This document shows positions 1 to 8,732 of a DNA stretch of 15,009 nt, piece by piece. The stretch's first letter is position 1. Each line of letters opens with the position of its first letter. Both the position numbers and the translations under genes were made by a program. The notes beneath the pieces were generated by a model. That model saw only the letters and a program-made list of their open reading frames with translations, had not been told where the DNA came from and made no database searches. The stretch lies in NCBI GenBank assembly GCA_043812655.1, contig JBDRLW010000007.1, positions 1-15,009 of the forward strand, in the 5' to 3' direction. This DNA is from a bacterium. GTDB lineage: Bacteria > Margulisbacteria > WOR-1 > O2-12-FULL-45-9 > XYB2-FULL-48-7.

Positions 1-702
1 ATTCGCCTCGGGCTAAAATACACGGAGACGGACCTAAAGCAAAACACAATTGTGACTTATAATGTTTTGGAGGCGATGCGGCTGGGTGGGGTTAAGGAGA
101 TCGCTTTTTCTTCAACTTCAACGATCTATGGCGAACCGACCGTAATGCCGACTCCAGAAAATTATGGGCCGCTGCTCCCAATCTCCCTTTATGGTGCCAG
201 TAAATTGGCTTGTGAAGCGCTTTGTGCGTCTTTTGCCCATTGTTTTGGGCTAAAGTGTTGGATCTTCCGTTTTGCCAACATTGTTGGTGGCCGTGGGACT
301 CATGGCATAATCTACGATTTTCTAGATAAATTAAAGAAAAACAACAAGGAATTAGAAGTATTAGGGAACGGAAAACAGCTGAAATCATATTTATTGGTAG
401 ATGACTGTATAGAAGCAATGCTTTATGTTTATGCCAATAGCAAAGAGCAGTTTAATCTGTTTAATCTTGGTGCTGGCGATCAGATGGAAGTTGCTTTGCT
501 GGCGCAAATTTTGGTTGAACGTTCGGGGTTAAAAAACGTGCGAATCAAATATACTGGAAGTGAACGGGGCTGGCCAGGTGATGTGCCGCAGATGTCGTTA
601 TCAGTTGAAAAGGTCAATCAGCTTGGCTGGAAGGCGAAATATAATTCGCGGCAAGCGATTGAAATAGCGATCGAAAGAATGCTAAAAGAATGCAAGCTGT
701 AA
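1..702 (+). CDS. NAD-dependent epimerase/dehydratase (extended SDR, GalE-like), 5'-truncated
   Basis: Frame 1 is open from base 1 (IRLGLKYTETDLKQNTIVTYNVLEAMR...), so the GTG at 52 is internal. Motifs: FSSTSTIYGE, catalytic YGASK (YxxxK), RFANIVG, LGNGKQLKSY, GWPGDVP. The N-terminal GxxGxxG lies outside the window. Confidence 0.9.
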   Translation: MRLGLKYTETDLKQNTIVTYNVLEAMRLGGVKEIAFSSTSTIYGEPTVMPTPENYGPLLPISLYGASKLACEALCASFAHCFGLKCWIFRFANIVGGRGTHGIIYDFLDKLKKNNKELEVLGNGKQLKSYLLVDDCIEAMLYVYANSKEQFNLFNLGAGDQMEVALLAQILVERSGLKNVRIKYTGSERGWPGDVPQMSLSVEKVNQLGWKAKYNSRQAIEIAIERMLKECKL

Positions 703-1421
703 TCTTGGCCGGCGGCGCCGGGACTAGGCTCCGGCCCCTAACATTTAACACCCCCAAGCCGATGATCGAGATTAACGGCCAACCGTTTTTAAGTTATATT
801 GTTGGTCAGTTAAAAAGCTTTGGCGTTAAGGACTTTGTTTTTTGTGTCGGTTATCTGGCTGATAAATTCCAGGCTTATTTTGGGGATGGGAGCCGGTTTG
901 GGGTGAAGATCGCTTATTCGGTGGAGAGTGGGTTTATGGGGACTGGCGGCGCCTTAAAATATGCGGAGCACCTGCTCCAAGATGAGTTCCTGGTGCAGAA
1001 TGGTGACACTTATCTGCCAATAGATTATAATGAAGCTATTAACGCGTTTAGGGCAAGCGGCCGGACTGCTTTATTAGTTATCTATAATAACCAAAAAAAA
1101 ATTACTGAGCCAAACATTGCGGTCGACAGAAACGGAAAAATAGTTGCTTATATGAAAAGAGAAGCCTTAAAACAGGGGAACCATGATGTTATTGATGTTC
1201 AGAAGTCAAATATTCCCTGCCAATATATTGATGCCGGAGCACAGGTCTTTAAAAAACGAGTATTAGATTTGATCCCCAAAAACAAATTTGTCCCTTTGGA
1301 TGTTGAAATCTTTCCAGCCTTGATCAAGAGCGGTAATTTGGCTTCTTTTGTAACAGACCAGCGTTATTATGACCTAGGAACGCCCGAACGGCTCGAGGCG
1401 ATCAAGCAAGTGCTAAGATGA
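690..1421 (+). CDS. hddC: Sugar-phosphate nucleotidyltransferase, probably D-glycero-alpha-D-manno-heptose 1-phosphate guanylyltransferase
   Basis: AVILAGGAGTRLRPLT..PKPM signature, GTGGALK, NGDTY, YDLGTPE. Single domain of 243 aa, adjacent to HddA-like and GmhA-like genes. Substrate is inferred from context. Confidence 0.8.
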   Translation: MQAVILAGGAGTRLRPLTFNTPKPMIEINGQPFLSYIVGQLKSFGVKDFVFCVGYLADKFQAYFGDGSRFGVKIAYSVESGFMGTGGALKYAEHLLQDEFLVQNGDTYLPIDYNEAINAFRASGRTALLVIYNNQKKITEPNIAVDRNGKIVAYMKREALKQGNHDVIDVQKSNIPCQYIDAGAQVFKKRVLDLIPKNKFVPLDVEIFPALIKSGNLASFVTDQRYYDLGTPERLEAIKQVLR

Positions 1422-2389
1422 TCATTTCAAAAACCCCACTTCGGATAAGCTTTTTAGGTGGTGGGACCGACCTCCAAGAATATTATGAATTGACTGGGGG
1501 AGCGATCCTCTCGACCGCTATAGATAAATATATTTTTGCTACGGTTAACAAGAAATTTGATGAACATATCCGTATTTCTTACTCCAAGACGGAAATTGTT
1601 GAGCATGTCGATCATATTAAGCACGAACTAGTCCGGGAGGCAATGAAATTAACCGGAGTGGCTCGGGGCATTGAGATCACTACTATTTCTGACATTCCAT
1701 CTGAAGGGACTGGCCTTGGCTCTTCCAGCACTTTTACGGTCGGAGTGTTGAACGCGCTTTACGCCTATAAGGGCGAGCATATTTCAGCGGAAAGGCTAGC
1801 CAGAGAAGCCTGCCAAATTGAAATTGACATTGTTGGCTCCCCGATCGGCAAGCAAGACCAATATATTGCGGCCTACGGCGGTTTCCAATTTATGCAGTTT
1901 AATCGGGATGGCTCGGTCCATGTTGACCCGATCATCTGCAAAAGCGAACTTAAAAAAAACTTGGAAAGCAAGTTAATGCTTTTTTATACCGGGATTACCA
2001 GGAACGCTAATGTGATTTTGTCAGAACAGAAAAAGAATGCTTTGGCCAGCGTTTTAAATGATTTAAAAGAGTTAGCTGTTATTGGTAAAAATGTGTTGGA
2101 AACTAGTTGTTCTCTCGATGAATTTGGACGGTTGTTGGATGAGAATTGGCGGATAAAAAAATCTTTGGCTAATGGGATATCTAATCATGACATTGATGAC
2201 TTTTATAATCGAGCCAAAAAGGCTGGCGCCTTGGGAGGAAAAATTGCCGGGGCTGGCGGTGGCGGATTTTTATTGTTATATGTGCCAATCGAGCGGCAGG
2301 CTGCCGTCAGGTCTGCCATGTGTCCCCTAAAACAGACGGAATTCCATTTCGAACCGCAGGGGAGTAAAATCATTTACGTTACCGATTAA
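1418..2389 (+). CDS. hddA: GHMP kinase, D-glycero-alpha-D-manno-heptose 7-phosphate kinase-like
   Basis: TPLRISFLGGGTD, PSEGTGLGSSS, IGKQDQYIAAYGG, GGKIAGAGGGGF are HddA-subfamily motifs. ATGA overlap with the upstream gene. Confidence 0.88.
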   Translation: MIISKTPLRISFLGGGTDLQEYYELTGGAILSTAIDKYIFATVNKKFDEHIRISYSKTEIVEHVDHIKHELVREAMKLTGVARGIEITTISDIPSEGTGLGSSSTFTVGVLNALYAYKGEHISAERLAREACQIEIDIVGSPIGKQDQYIAAYGGFQFMQFNRDGSVHVDPIICKSELKKNLESKLMLFYTGITRNANVILSEQKKNALASVLNDLKELAVIGKNVLETSCSLDEFGRLLDENWRIKKSLANGISNHDIDDFYNRAKKAGALGGKIAGAGGGGFLLLYVPIERQAAVRSAMCPLKQTEFHFEPQGSKIIYVTD

Positions 2390-2398
2390 GGGCTAAAA

Positions 2399-2983
2399 AT
2401 GGTCAAAGAATACGCGAAGAAATATATTAATGAATTGAAGAAGAGCTTAGACTCTCTGCCGCTTGACGCGCTAGAAGATATTATAGCGTTGATGAAGGAG
2501 GCATATCGAAATGGCAAGCGGATATATATTGCTGGAAATGGAGGGAGTGCGGCCACGGCATCTCATTTTGTTTGTGATCTGGTGAAGGGGACGGGGGTAA
2601 GAGGAAAAAATAAATTCAAAGCGATCGGGTTGACTGACAATCTTCCGCTGATCACGGCCTGGGCTAACGATGTTTCTTATGACGACGTTTTTAGCGCTCA
2701 ACTGGCGCCGCTGATCGAAAAAGGCGATCTTTTGATCGTCTTTTCTGGCAGCGGCAATTCAAAAAATATCATTAAAGCGGTCGAATTTGCTAATGGGGCT
2801 GGCGCGAAAACCATTGCTTTGGTTGGGTTTGATGGTGGTAAGGTAAAAGACGCAGCGACTAAAACGCTGATCGTTCCGGCTGATAACATGGAGCGGGCCG
2901 AGGATATTCATTTGATCTTAGAACACCTGATCCACCTTTATCTAGTTGATGAGATAAATTTTGGCAACATGGGAACGCCGTAG
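2399..2983 (+). CDS. gmhA: SIS-domain phosphoheptose (sedoheptulose-7-phosphate) isomerase-like protein
   Basis: GNGGSAATASH, TAWAND, SGSGNSKN, GFDGG, EDIHLILEH; 194 aa; follows the hddA-like gene; weak SD (AAGGG) upstream. Confidence 0.82.
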   Translation: MVKEYAKKYINELKKSLDSLPLDALEDIIALMKEAYRNGKRIYIAGNGGSAATASHFVCDLVKGTGVRGKNKFKAIGLTDNLPLITAWANDVSYDDVFSAQLAPLIEKGDLLIVFSGSGNSKNIIKAVEFANGAGAKTIALVGFDGGKVKDAATKTLIVPADNMERAEDIHLILEHLIHLYLVDEINFGNMGTP

Positions 2984-4276
2984 ATGAAGATTGGGGTGCT
3001 AGGCGGTGGTTTGGCCGGCGTTTCTCTGGCCTACTTTTTACAAAAAAACGGCCACGAGGTTGAAGTTTTAGAAAAAGAAGCGGAGTGCGGCGGTTTATGC
3101 CGTTCATTCAGTAAAAATGGTTTTACCTTCGACCTTGGCGGCCATATTATTTTCTCCAAAGATAAAGATATTCTCCAGTTGATGATAAAAATGCTGGGCA
3201 AAAATGTCCAGAAGAGATATCGCAACAATAAGGTTTGGTTTAAAGACAGTTTTGTTAAATATCCTTTTGAGAATGGGTTGTCAGACTTAGATAAGGAAGA
3301 GGCTTTTGATTGCCTTTATGATTTTATTGTTAATAATCATCCTCGGCCAAAGAATTTTAAAGAGTGGCTCTACCACACCTTTGGCAATGGTATAGCGGAA
3401 AAGTATTTGATCCCTTACAACGAAAAGATCTGGAATTGTCAAGCGGAGACTATGGGGCTTGAATGGGTGGAAAGAGTGCCAAAACCGGCAATGACTGATA
3501 TTATTAAGTCGGCGTTAGGCTTTGAGACAGAAGGGTATACCCATCAGCTTAATTTTTATTATCCAAAGCGGGGAGGGATCCAGGCGCTGGTTGGGGCTTT
3601 TGAGCAAAAGCTAAAGAAGGTGACCAATAATTTTTCAGTGAAAAAGGTGAGGCGGGTCGCGCCGAGGCGGTGGATAGTTTCCGATGGTCGGCAAGAAAGG
3701 GAGTATGAGAAGATCATCTCTTGCCTGCCGATCTTTGACCTGGCGACGGCTTTGTCTGGCATACCAGCCGCAATTAGCACAACGATCTTTAAATTAAAGT
3801 ATAACTCTCTTACTGTAGCCATGATCGGCATTGATCAAAAGAACTTGTCAGATAAAGTGGGGGTATATTTTCCGCAACGAAACATCCCTTTTCATCGGAT
3901 TTGCTATAATTCTTATATGGGCCGTTGGTACACGCCGCCAGGGAAATCGTCGATCGTAGCGGAGATGACGACCAATCCCGGCGACGGGCTCCATGAACTG
4001 GCCGATCGGCAGTTAATTAAGCGGGTCGTTGGCGGGTTAGCCAAAGAAGGTTTTATTGACCCCCGCACTGTGTGCGAATCAGAAGTTAAGAGGATGCGGT
4101 ACGGTTATGTGGTTTATGATCTGAATTACCAAAAGCGGATCAAACTAATAAAAAAATATTTCTCATCGATCAACTTGCCGCTTTGCGGACGGTTCGCGGA
4201 GTTTGAATACCTAAATATGGACGTGGTGATCGGACGGGCCAAAAGCTTGGCCGGTAAAATGGAGGCTAGAAAATGA
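2984..4276 (+). CDS. FAD-dependent oxidoreductase, UDP-galactopyranose mutase-like (putative NDP-sugar pyranose/furanose mutase)
   Basis: GGGLAG Rossmann motif, GGLCRS..GFTFDLGGHIIF, YPFENGL, PYNEKIW, FYYPKRGG, YFPQRNIPFHR, GRFAEFEYLNMD. Starts directly after the gmhA stop (tagATG). Confidence 0.72.
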   Translation: MKIGVLGGGLAGVSLAYFLQKNGHEVEVLEKEAECGGLCRSFSKNGFTFDLGGHIIFSKDKDILQLMIKMLGKNVQKRYRNNKVWFKDSFVKYPFENGLSDLDKEEAFDCLYDFIVNNHPRPKNFKEWLYHTFGNGIAEKYLIPYNEKIWNCQAETMGLEWVERVPKPAMTDIIKSALGFETEGYTHQLNFYYPKRGGIQALVGAFEQKLKKVTNNFSVKKVRRVAPRRWIVSDGRQEREYEKIISCLPIFDLATALSGIPAAISTTIFKLKYNSLTVAMIGIDQKNLSDKVGVYFPQRNIPFHRICYNSYMGRWYTPPGKSSIVAEMTTNPGDGLHELADRQLIKRVVGGLAKEGFIDPRTVCESEVKRMRYGYVVYDLNYQKRIKLIKKYFSSINLPLCGRFAEFEYLNMDVVIGRAKSLAGKMEARK

Positions 4277-4953
4277 AGTTATCTGTGGTGATGGCGACGC
4301 TTAATGAGGAAGAAGCGATCAAAAAGGTTATCCCTGATATCAAGAAAAATACGGTTGGTCACGATCTGGAGATCTTGGTGGTTGATAGTTCAACCGATCA
4401 TACGGCCGAAGTGGCCACTGCACTAGGGGCCAAAGTCATTAAACAGCCGAAAAATGGCCACGGAATGGCTTTGCGGACGGCTTTCCAAGCGGCTAGCGGC
4501 GACGTGATCATTACCACCGATTGTGATAATACCTATCCCATGGATTATATCCCCAAAATGTTAAGTTTGATCAACCAGGGCTTTGACCTGGTTTCCGGCA
4601 ACCGCATTAATTCAATGAATCGGGCGATGCCGCTGATCAATCGACTGGCTAATTTTTCTTTTGCTTTGATCGTGAGGGTGTTGTACGGGATCCCCACTAA
4701 TGATGTAACGACCGGGATGTTCGCCTTGCGGCGGCAGGTTGCTAGATCAATTCCTTGGGAAGCCAATTTTTCTTTCCCGGCCGAAATAATAATCAGAGCG
4801 AATCTTGAAAAGTTTAAATATAAACAGATTGATATTCCATATCATGAAAGAATCGGCGAGGTTACCCTAAACCGTTGGCATTCCGGGAAAGCCTATCTAC
4901 GCTGCTTTTTAAAATATAAATTTAAGCTGAATTTTAGTGCCGATAAGATCTAA
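4273..4953 (+). CDS. GT2 glycosyltransferase, polyprenol-phosphate glycosyltransferase (DPM1/Ppm1-like)
   Basis: LSVVMATLNEE, VVDSSTDHT, DxD motif TTDCDNTY, SGNR, NDVTTGM, IPYHERIGE. 226 aa with no obvious C-terminal TM pair. GGAGG at 4261-4265 and ATGA overlap. Confidence 0.82.
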   Translation: MKLSVVMATLNEEEAIKKVIPDIKKNTVGHDLEILVVDSSTDHTAEVATALGAKVIKQPKNGHGMALRTAFQAASGDVIITTDCDNTYPMDYIPKMLSLINQGFDLVSGNRINSMNRAMPLINRLANFSFALIVRVLYGIPTNDVTTGMFALRRQVARSIPWEANFSFPAEIIIRANLEKFKYKQIDIPYHERIGEVTLNRWHSGKAYLRCFLKYKFKLNFSADKI

Positions 4954-4956
4954 TTA

Positions 4957-6315
4957 ATGAGTGATATAAGGGTTAGCTTAGTTGTGCCCAATGATAGCGA
5001 CTGCTATAAGTTTGCCCGGGCACGCACCCGGCGGATGCCGCTGGGGTTGGCTTATATTGGCGCCGCGCTGCAGCAAAAAGGGTGTGACGTAACAGTTACA
5101 GATGCTTCGCTTCATGGCTATAATATTTCTGAAACAGTTGAATCAGCTTTAAGGAATGACCCTCAATTCATTGGGATTAGTTGTACGACTCCAATTTATC
5201 ATCTGGCGGTCGCGATTATTGATCAGATCAAATTAAAATCACCGACTACCACGGTCATTATAGGCGGGGCCCATGTCTCGGCCTTACCCGAAGCGACACT
5301 CAAGACCAGTAAGGCTGATTTTGTTTGTATTGGCGAAGGCGAAGAATCTATTGGTAAAATTATTGACGCGGTGCAGGGTAAGGTAGCTTTATCTAGTGTT
5401 CCCAGTATCGCTTATAATCGGCAAGGGGAGATCGGGTTTACTCGGCCGTATCGTCTCCGCTTGAACCAGTCGAAAGAGACAACGGCGCCAGCCTTGGATC
5501 TTGATAAATTAGCTTGGCCGGCACGTGAATTATTTAATTATGCGGAATATACCGATGCGGCCCGAGGGGTTGAGGGCGCCCAGACGATTGCGATGTTTTC
5601 CCGTGGTTGTGTTGGACGCTGCGCTTTTTGCAATGCAGCGGGGACACTGGTCCGCTATCGAGAGACGAACAATATTCTTGATGAGCTTGAATATATCGAC
5701 AAGAAGTTAGGGATAAAACATGTGTTTGTTTCAGATGATTCCTACACCGTTGTTAGAGAGAGAGTTTTAGCGATTTCGCGTGGCATTGTGGAAAGGAAAA
5801 TTAATTTAACCTTGTCGGTCCAACTCCGTTTGGACCAATTAGACGAAGAAGTCTGTGAGGCGTTATATGCTAGCGGAGTTCGTTATGTTGGTCCGGGGAT
5901 CGAATCTGGGAATGAAGCGATGATGAAGCAAGTCGGCAAAGGGCCGAAAGAAAATAAGGAGCATATCAGGCAAAAGATGCGGATTCTCAAAAAGTTTGAC
6001 TGGATGATCAGGAATTCTTATGTGATGGGTATGCCAGGGGAGACGGAAGCACAAATCTTAGAGACTATTGAGTTTGCCAAGGAATTAGACGCGACGGAAA
6101 ACGCGTTTTCAATCATTGTCCCTTATCCCGGGACTTCATTATGGGAGATAGCCAAAGACCGAGGGTTGGTTAATGACTACATGGATTTTAGGAAATTTCT
6201 TTATTACCACGACGTGGGCTGTAACCTTTCGGCCGTGCCGACGGAAAGACTGCTGGAATTGCACGAGTATGCTTACAAGTCGATTGAAAGTCGGACATAT
6301 CAGTTAGCGAAGTAG
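4957..6315 (+). CDS. Cobalamin-binding-domain radical SAM protein
   Basis: N-terminal B12-binding-type motifs MPLGLAYIGAAL, IIGGAHVS, GEGEES; SRGCVGRCAFC (CxxxCxxC, 5608-5631); DDSY; GIESG; GMPGET; PYPGT. Confidence 0.9.
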   Translation: MSDIRVSLVVPNDSDCYKFARARTRRMPLGLAYIGAALQQKGCDVTVTDASLHGYNISETVESALRNDPQFIGISCTTPIYHLAVAIIDQIKLKSPTTTVIIGGAHVSALPEATLKTSKADFVCIGEGEESIGKIIDAVQGKVALSSVPSIAYNRQGEIGFTRPYRLRLNQSKETTAPALDLDKLAWPARELFNYAEYTDAARGVEGAQTIAMFSRGCVGRCAFCNAAGTLVRYRETNNILDELEYIDKKLGIKHVFVSDDSYTVVRERVLAISRGIVERKINLTLSVQLRLDQLDEEVCEALYASGVRYVGPGIESGNEAMMKQVGKGPKENKEHIRQKMRILKKFDWMIRNSYVMGMPGETEAQILETIEFAKELDATENAFSIIVPYPGTSLWEIAKDRGLVNDYMDFRKFLYYHDVGCNLSAVPTERLLELHEYAYKSIESRTYQLAK

Positions 6316-6323
6316 AAGCCGCT

Positions 6324-8732
6324 CTACAGTTTATATAAGAAGAAATGATCCGACCTGACAATATTCCCATTACCGGGGCAAAGCTTGGGATAAGTTAATT
6401 CCATTGTTAACCGATTTAATCTAGTTATTTCCCTTTGTTGGTAAGCTAGTAGATTATTGCTTGGATAGAGGTTAGTTTTTTTTGCTAGATCTTTTAGGAG
6501 TAGGATGGGTTGTAGGGTATCGACCAGTGATCTGGCTGGGAGAAGATTGTCTTTTTCCCCACAGGCGAGTTTGATCAGTTCATCCAATTTGTCTGATTTA
6601 ATGATGAGTAATTCATCAGTTGGATTTTTAAAGAATTTTGTTAACAGCTGTTGGTTATTACGAATCTTATCCCAAAGTGGTTTTTTGACGATAATCCCCA
6701 GGCTGAGGTTATTATTGTTCTTCTTGCGGGACCAAATAGTGAACCAATCCGGTCTGACCAGTAAAGCATTTAATTGTTCTAGATTTTCAACCCGACTAAC
6801 CCCATAATTATCTTTATTGATCGCGGCAATAAGCCGATTGATGGCGTTTTGGCTGTAAAACTGGCGTCGATCAAAGGTATAGGGGTCGAAATAGACGCAC
6901 TCATAGTTCCGATCAAGGAAATCCTTGATCCCTGGCTGATAGAAGGGGTTATTAAAAGTCTCTCGGCCCCCAAATTTACCACTATAAAATTTGAATAATA
7001 GATTTTTATGCCACCAACCATCAACAAAATAAGTGTTAATCGCAAGATGGGTCACCCCCAATCTTTTAAGTTTTTCGATCGCTGCTGTTGGGTTATTAAT
7101 CTTCTCAAAATCCTCGTAATAGCGACTGAATTCTAGATAACCGGAGACAAATTCGCTGTTGTAGTAATAACCCGCTGCGTTGTGGGGTGAGAATATTTTA
7201 GCGTTAAGCGGTAATGATCTATTAGCAAAAAAAGCCAGCGAGAGAGGTGGTTGTTCTGCTAGGTAGTCAATCTTTTTTTCAAAGCCAAAAACAACGGAGG
7301 ATTTGTCAGCCATAAACATTTGTCGGCTAGCCACTAAATCAGTGCCAAAAGCAAGAAGTAATAGAGCGATAATGAATATTTTTTGTTTGTAGCCTATTTT
7401 TCCTAGGAAATCAAAATAGGAGGAGGCAAGAACAATGGAAAGTAGGACAATGGCTGGGATAATAAATCTTAATGAAAATCCGGTCAAGAAAACAATTGTA
7501 ATAATTGTAAGAGCGAGAAGGAGTAAAACGATAATGTTTCTAGCCGGTCTTACTTTTATCATAAATATCATTGGGAATAGTGCCAGGAAATAAGGGGCGA
7601 GATTGCCAAGAAATCCCCACGTGACCTTATCATAATTAAAAGTAATATCCCAAAATAATCTGAGATATTGGCGCAAGGTTACAGCCAGCACATCCATATG
7701 GCTGAATCTATGGCCATTAAAGGAGGTTAAGAAGGGATAGATAGGGTCGCCGGTCCAGAAGCAGGTTTTAACCAGCCAGGGGAGGAAGAAGAGCAAGGCG
7801 AGAGAAGAATAGGCACAGGCAGAGGAAAAGGCTGAGGGCCAATTATTTTTCTTGTTTAGTAAGGCAAAGAAAACGCCAACGAAAAAGATCGGGAAAAAGA
7901 AGATGCCGGTCAATTTGATGCTGGCAGTTAGGCCTAAAAAGATTGAAGCGAGCCAGAGCCATCGGTTATTGTTTTGGTAATACCAGTTGAAGAGGGAGAA
8001 AAGTGTTAAAAGGGAAAAGAGCGTAAAGGCGAGATCGATCTTTGGTGTGGTCGAGAGTAAATTAACCACCGGCTGGCAGTAAAAAAGGAGAGCGGCTAAC
8101 GCACTAACCAGGGGATTCTGGCTAATATATTTATTGATAAAGACGATGATCAGAGAGACAATGAAGATGCCCATAGCAAAACTAAGTAAGCTGGCTAACT
8201 CTGGTCTACCAAGGAGGAGAAAGGGGATGTAAGTTATTTCGACCGCCAGTGGCCAGTATGACTGCAAGCTGTCTGGCATAGGGAAGATGGCGTGATGAGC
8301 AATATATTTCTTAGGAGCGAAGAGGTGGTAGGAAAGGGAATCGTATTCGGTAATGGGAACAAGGGCGCTAAGGAGATTGATAATAATGAACCCCGAGAGG
8401 AGTAGTAATAATAGGATTAATAAAACTGATCTTTTGCGGAAGAATCGGAACAGGAAAGAAACGGCGCTGGCCAAATCGTGGCCAGCCGGGATAAATTCTT
8501 TGGCGGAGAAGAAGCAGATGGCGGCAAACAGAGAGCAGATGAGCCAGCCATAGATAAGACCGAGACAGCCGAGAGCGAAGAAGAGAAGGGAGACCGCACC
8601 CAGGCCGAGGGCGATAGAGAAGAGCGGTTTTTCTTCAGCTGGGAGGTTTTTAATCGCCAAAAAGCCTAAGATCTTACGACCAAAAGCCGCATAGAAGAGC
8701 AGGAAACAAAACAGAAAGAGATAATTGGTCAT
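6324..8732 (-). CDS. Polytopic membrane GT-C fold glycosyltransferase (ArnT/PMT-like), paralog A, with soluble C-terminal domain
   Basis: 802 aa, many hydrophobic segments over the first ~470 aa; EYDSLSYHL..PKKY loop motif, PKIDL, ASIKLTG, PWLVKT..WTGDPIYPF; hydrophilic C-terminus with LGVTHLAIN. Confidence 0.7.
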   Translation of the reverse strand: MTNYLFLFCFLLFYAAFGRKILGFLAIKNLPAEEKPLFSIALGLGAVSLLFFALGCLGLIYGWLICSLFAAICFFSAKEFIPAGHDLASAVSFLFRFFRKRSVLLILLLLLLSGFIIINLLSALVPITEYDSLSYHLFAPKKYIAHHAIFPMPDSLQSYWPLAVEITYIPFLLLGRPELASLLSFAMGIFIVSLIIVFINKYISQNPLVSALAALLFYCQPVVNLLSTTPKIDLAFTLFSLLTLFSLFNWYYQNNNRWLWLASIFLGLTASIKLTGIFFFPIFFVGVFFALLNKKNNWPSAFSSACAYSSLALLFFLPWLVKTCFWTGDPIYPFLTSFNGHRFSHMDVLAVTLRQYLRLFWDITFNYDKVTWGFLGNLAPYFLALFPMIFMIKVRPARNIIVLLLLALTIITIVFLTGFSLRFIIPAIVLLSIVLASSYFDFLGKIGYKQKIFIIALLLLAFGTDLVASRQMFMADKSSVVFGFEKKIDYLAEQPPLSLAFFANRSLPLNAKIFSPHNAAGYYYNSEFVSGYLEFSRYYEDFEKINNPTAAIEKLKRLGVTHLAINTYFVDGWWHKNLLFKFYSGKFGGRETFNNPFYQPGIKDFLDRNYECVYFDPYTFDRRQFYSQNAINRLIAAINKDNYGVSRVENLEQLNALLVRPDWFTIWSRKKNNNNLSLGIIVKKPLWDKIRNNQQLLTKFFKNPTDELLIIKSDKLDELIKLACGEKDNLLPARSLVDTLQPILLLKDLAKKTNLYPSNNLLAYQQREITRLNRLTMELTYPKLCPGNGNIVRSDHFFLYKL

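Noticed and set aside
52..54. GTG start for the epimerase given by the ORF track
   Set aside because: The frame is open to base 1 and the N-terminal NAD-binding motif is missing, so the true start is upstream of the window.
1093..1101. A9 homopolymer in hddC (and other A8/T8 runs) as phase-variation sites
   Set aside because: Reading frames are intact and such runs are expected from Lys codons in AT-rich DNA.
2984..4276. Protoporphyrinogen oxidase (HemY) annotation for the flavoproteins
   Set aside because: No heme pathway context; the motifs and the glycan neighbourhood fit UGM-like proteins better.
92..6370. Short antisense or alternate-frame ORFs (92-418, 2471-2701, 2698-2889, 2859-3107, 3031-3228, 3559-3831, 4545-4766, 5525-5710, 5863-6054, 6188-6370)
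   Set aside because: All overlap well-supported genes and carry no recognisable motifs; shadow ORFs.
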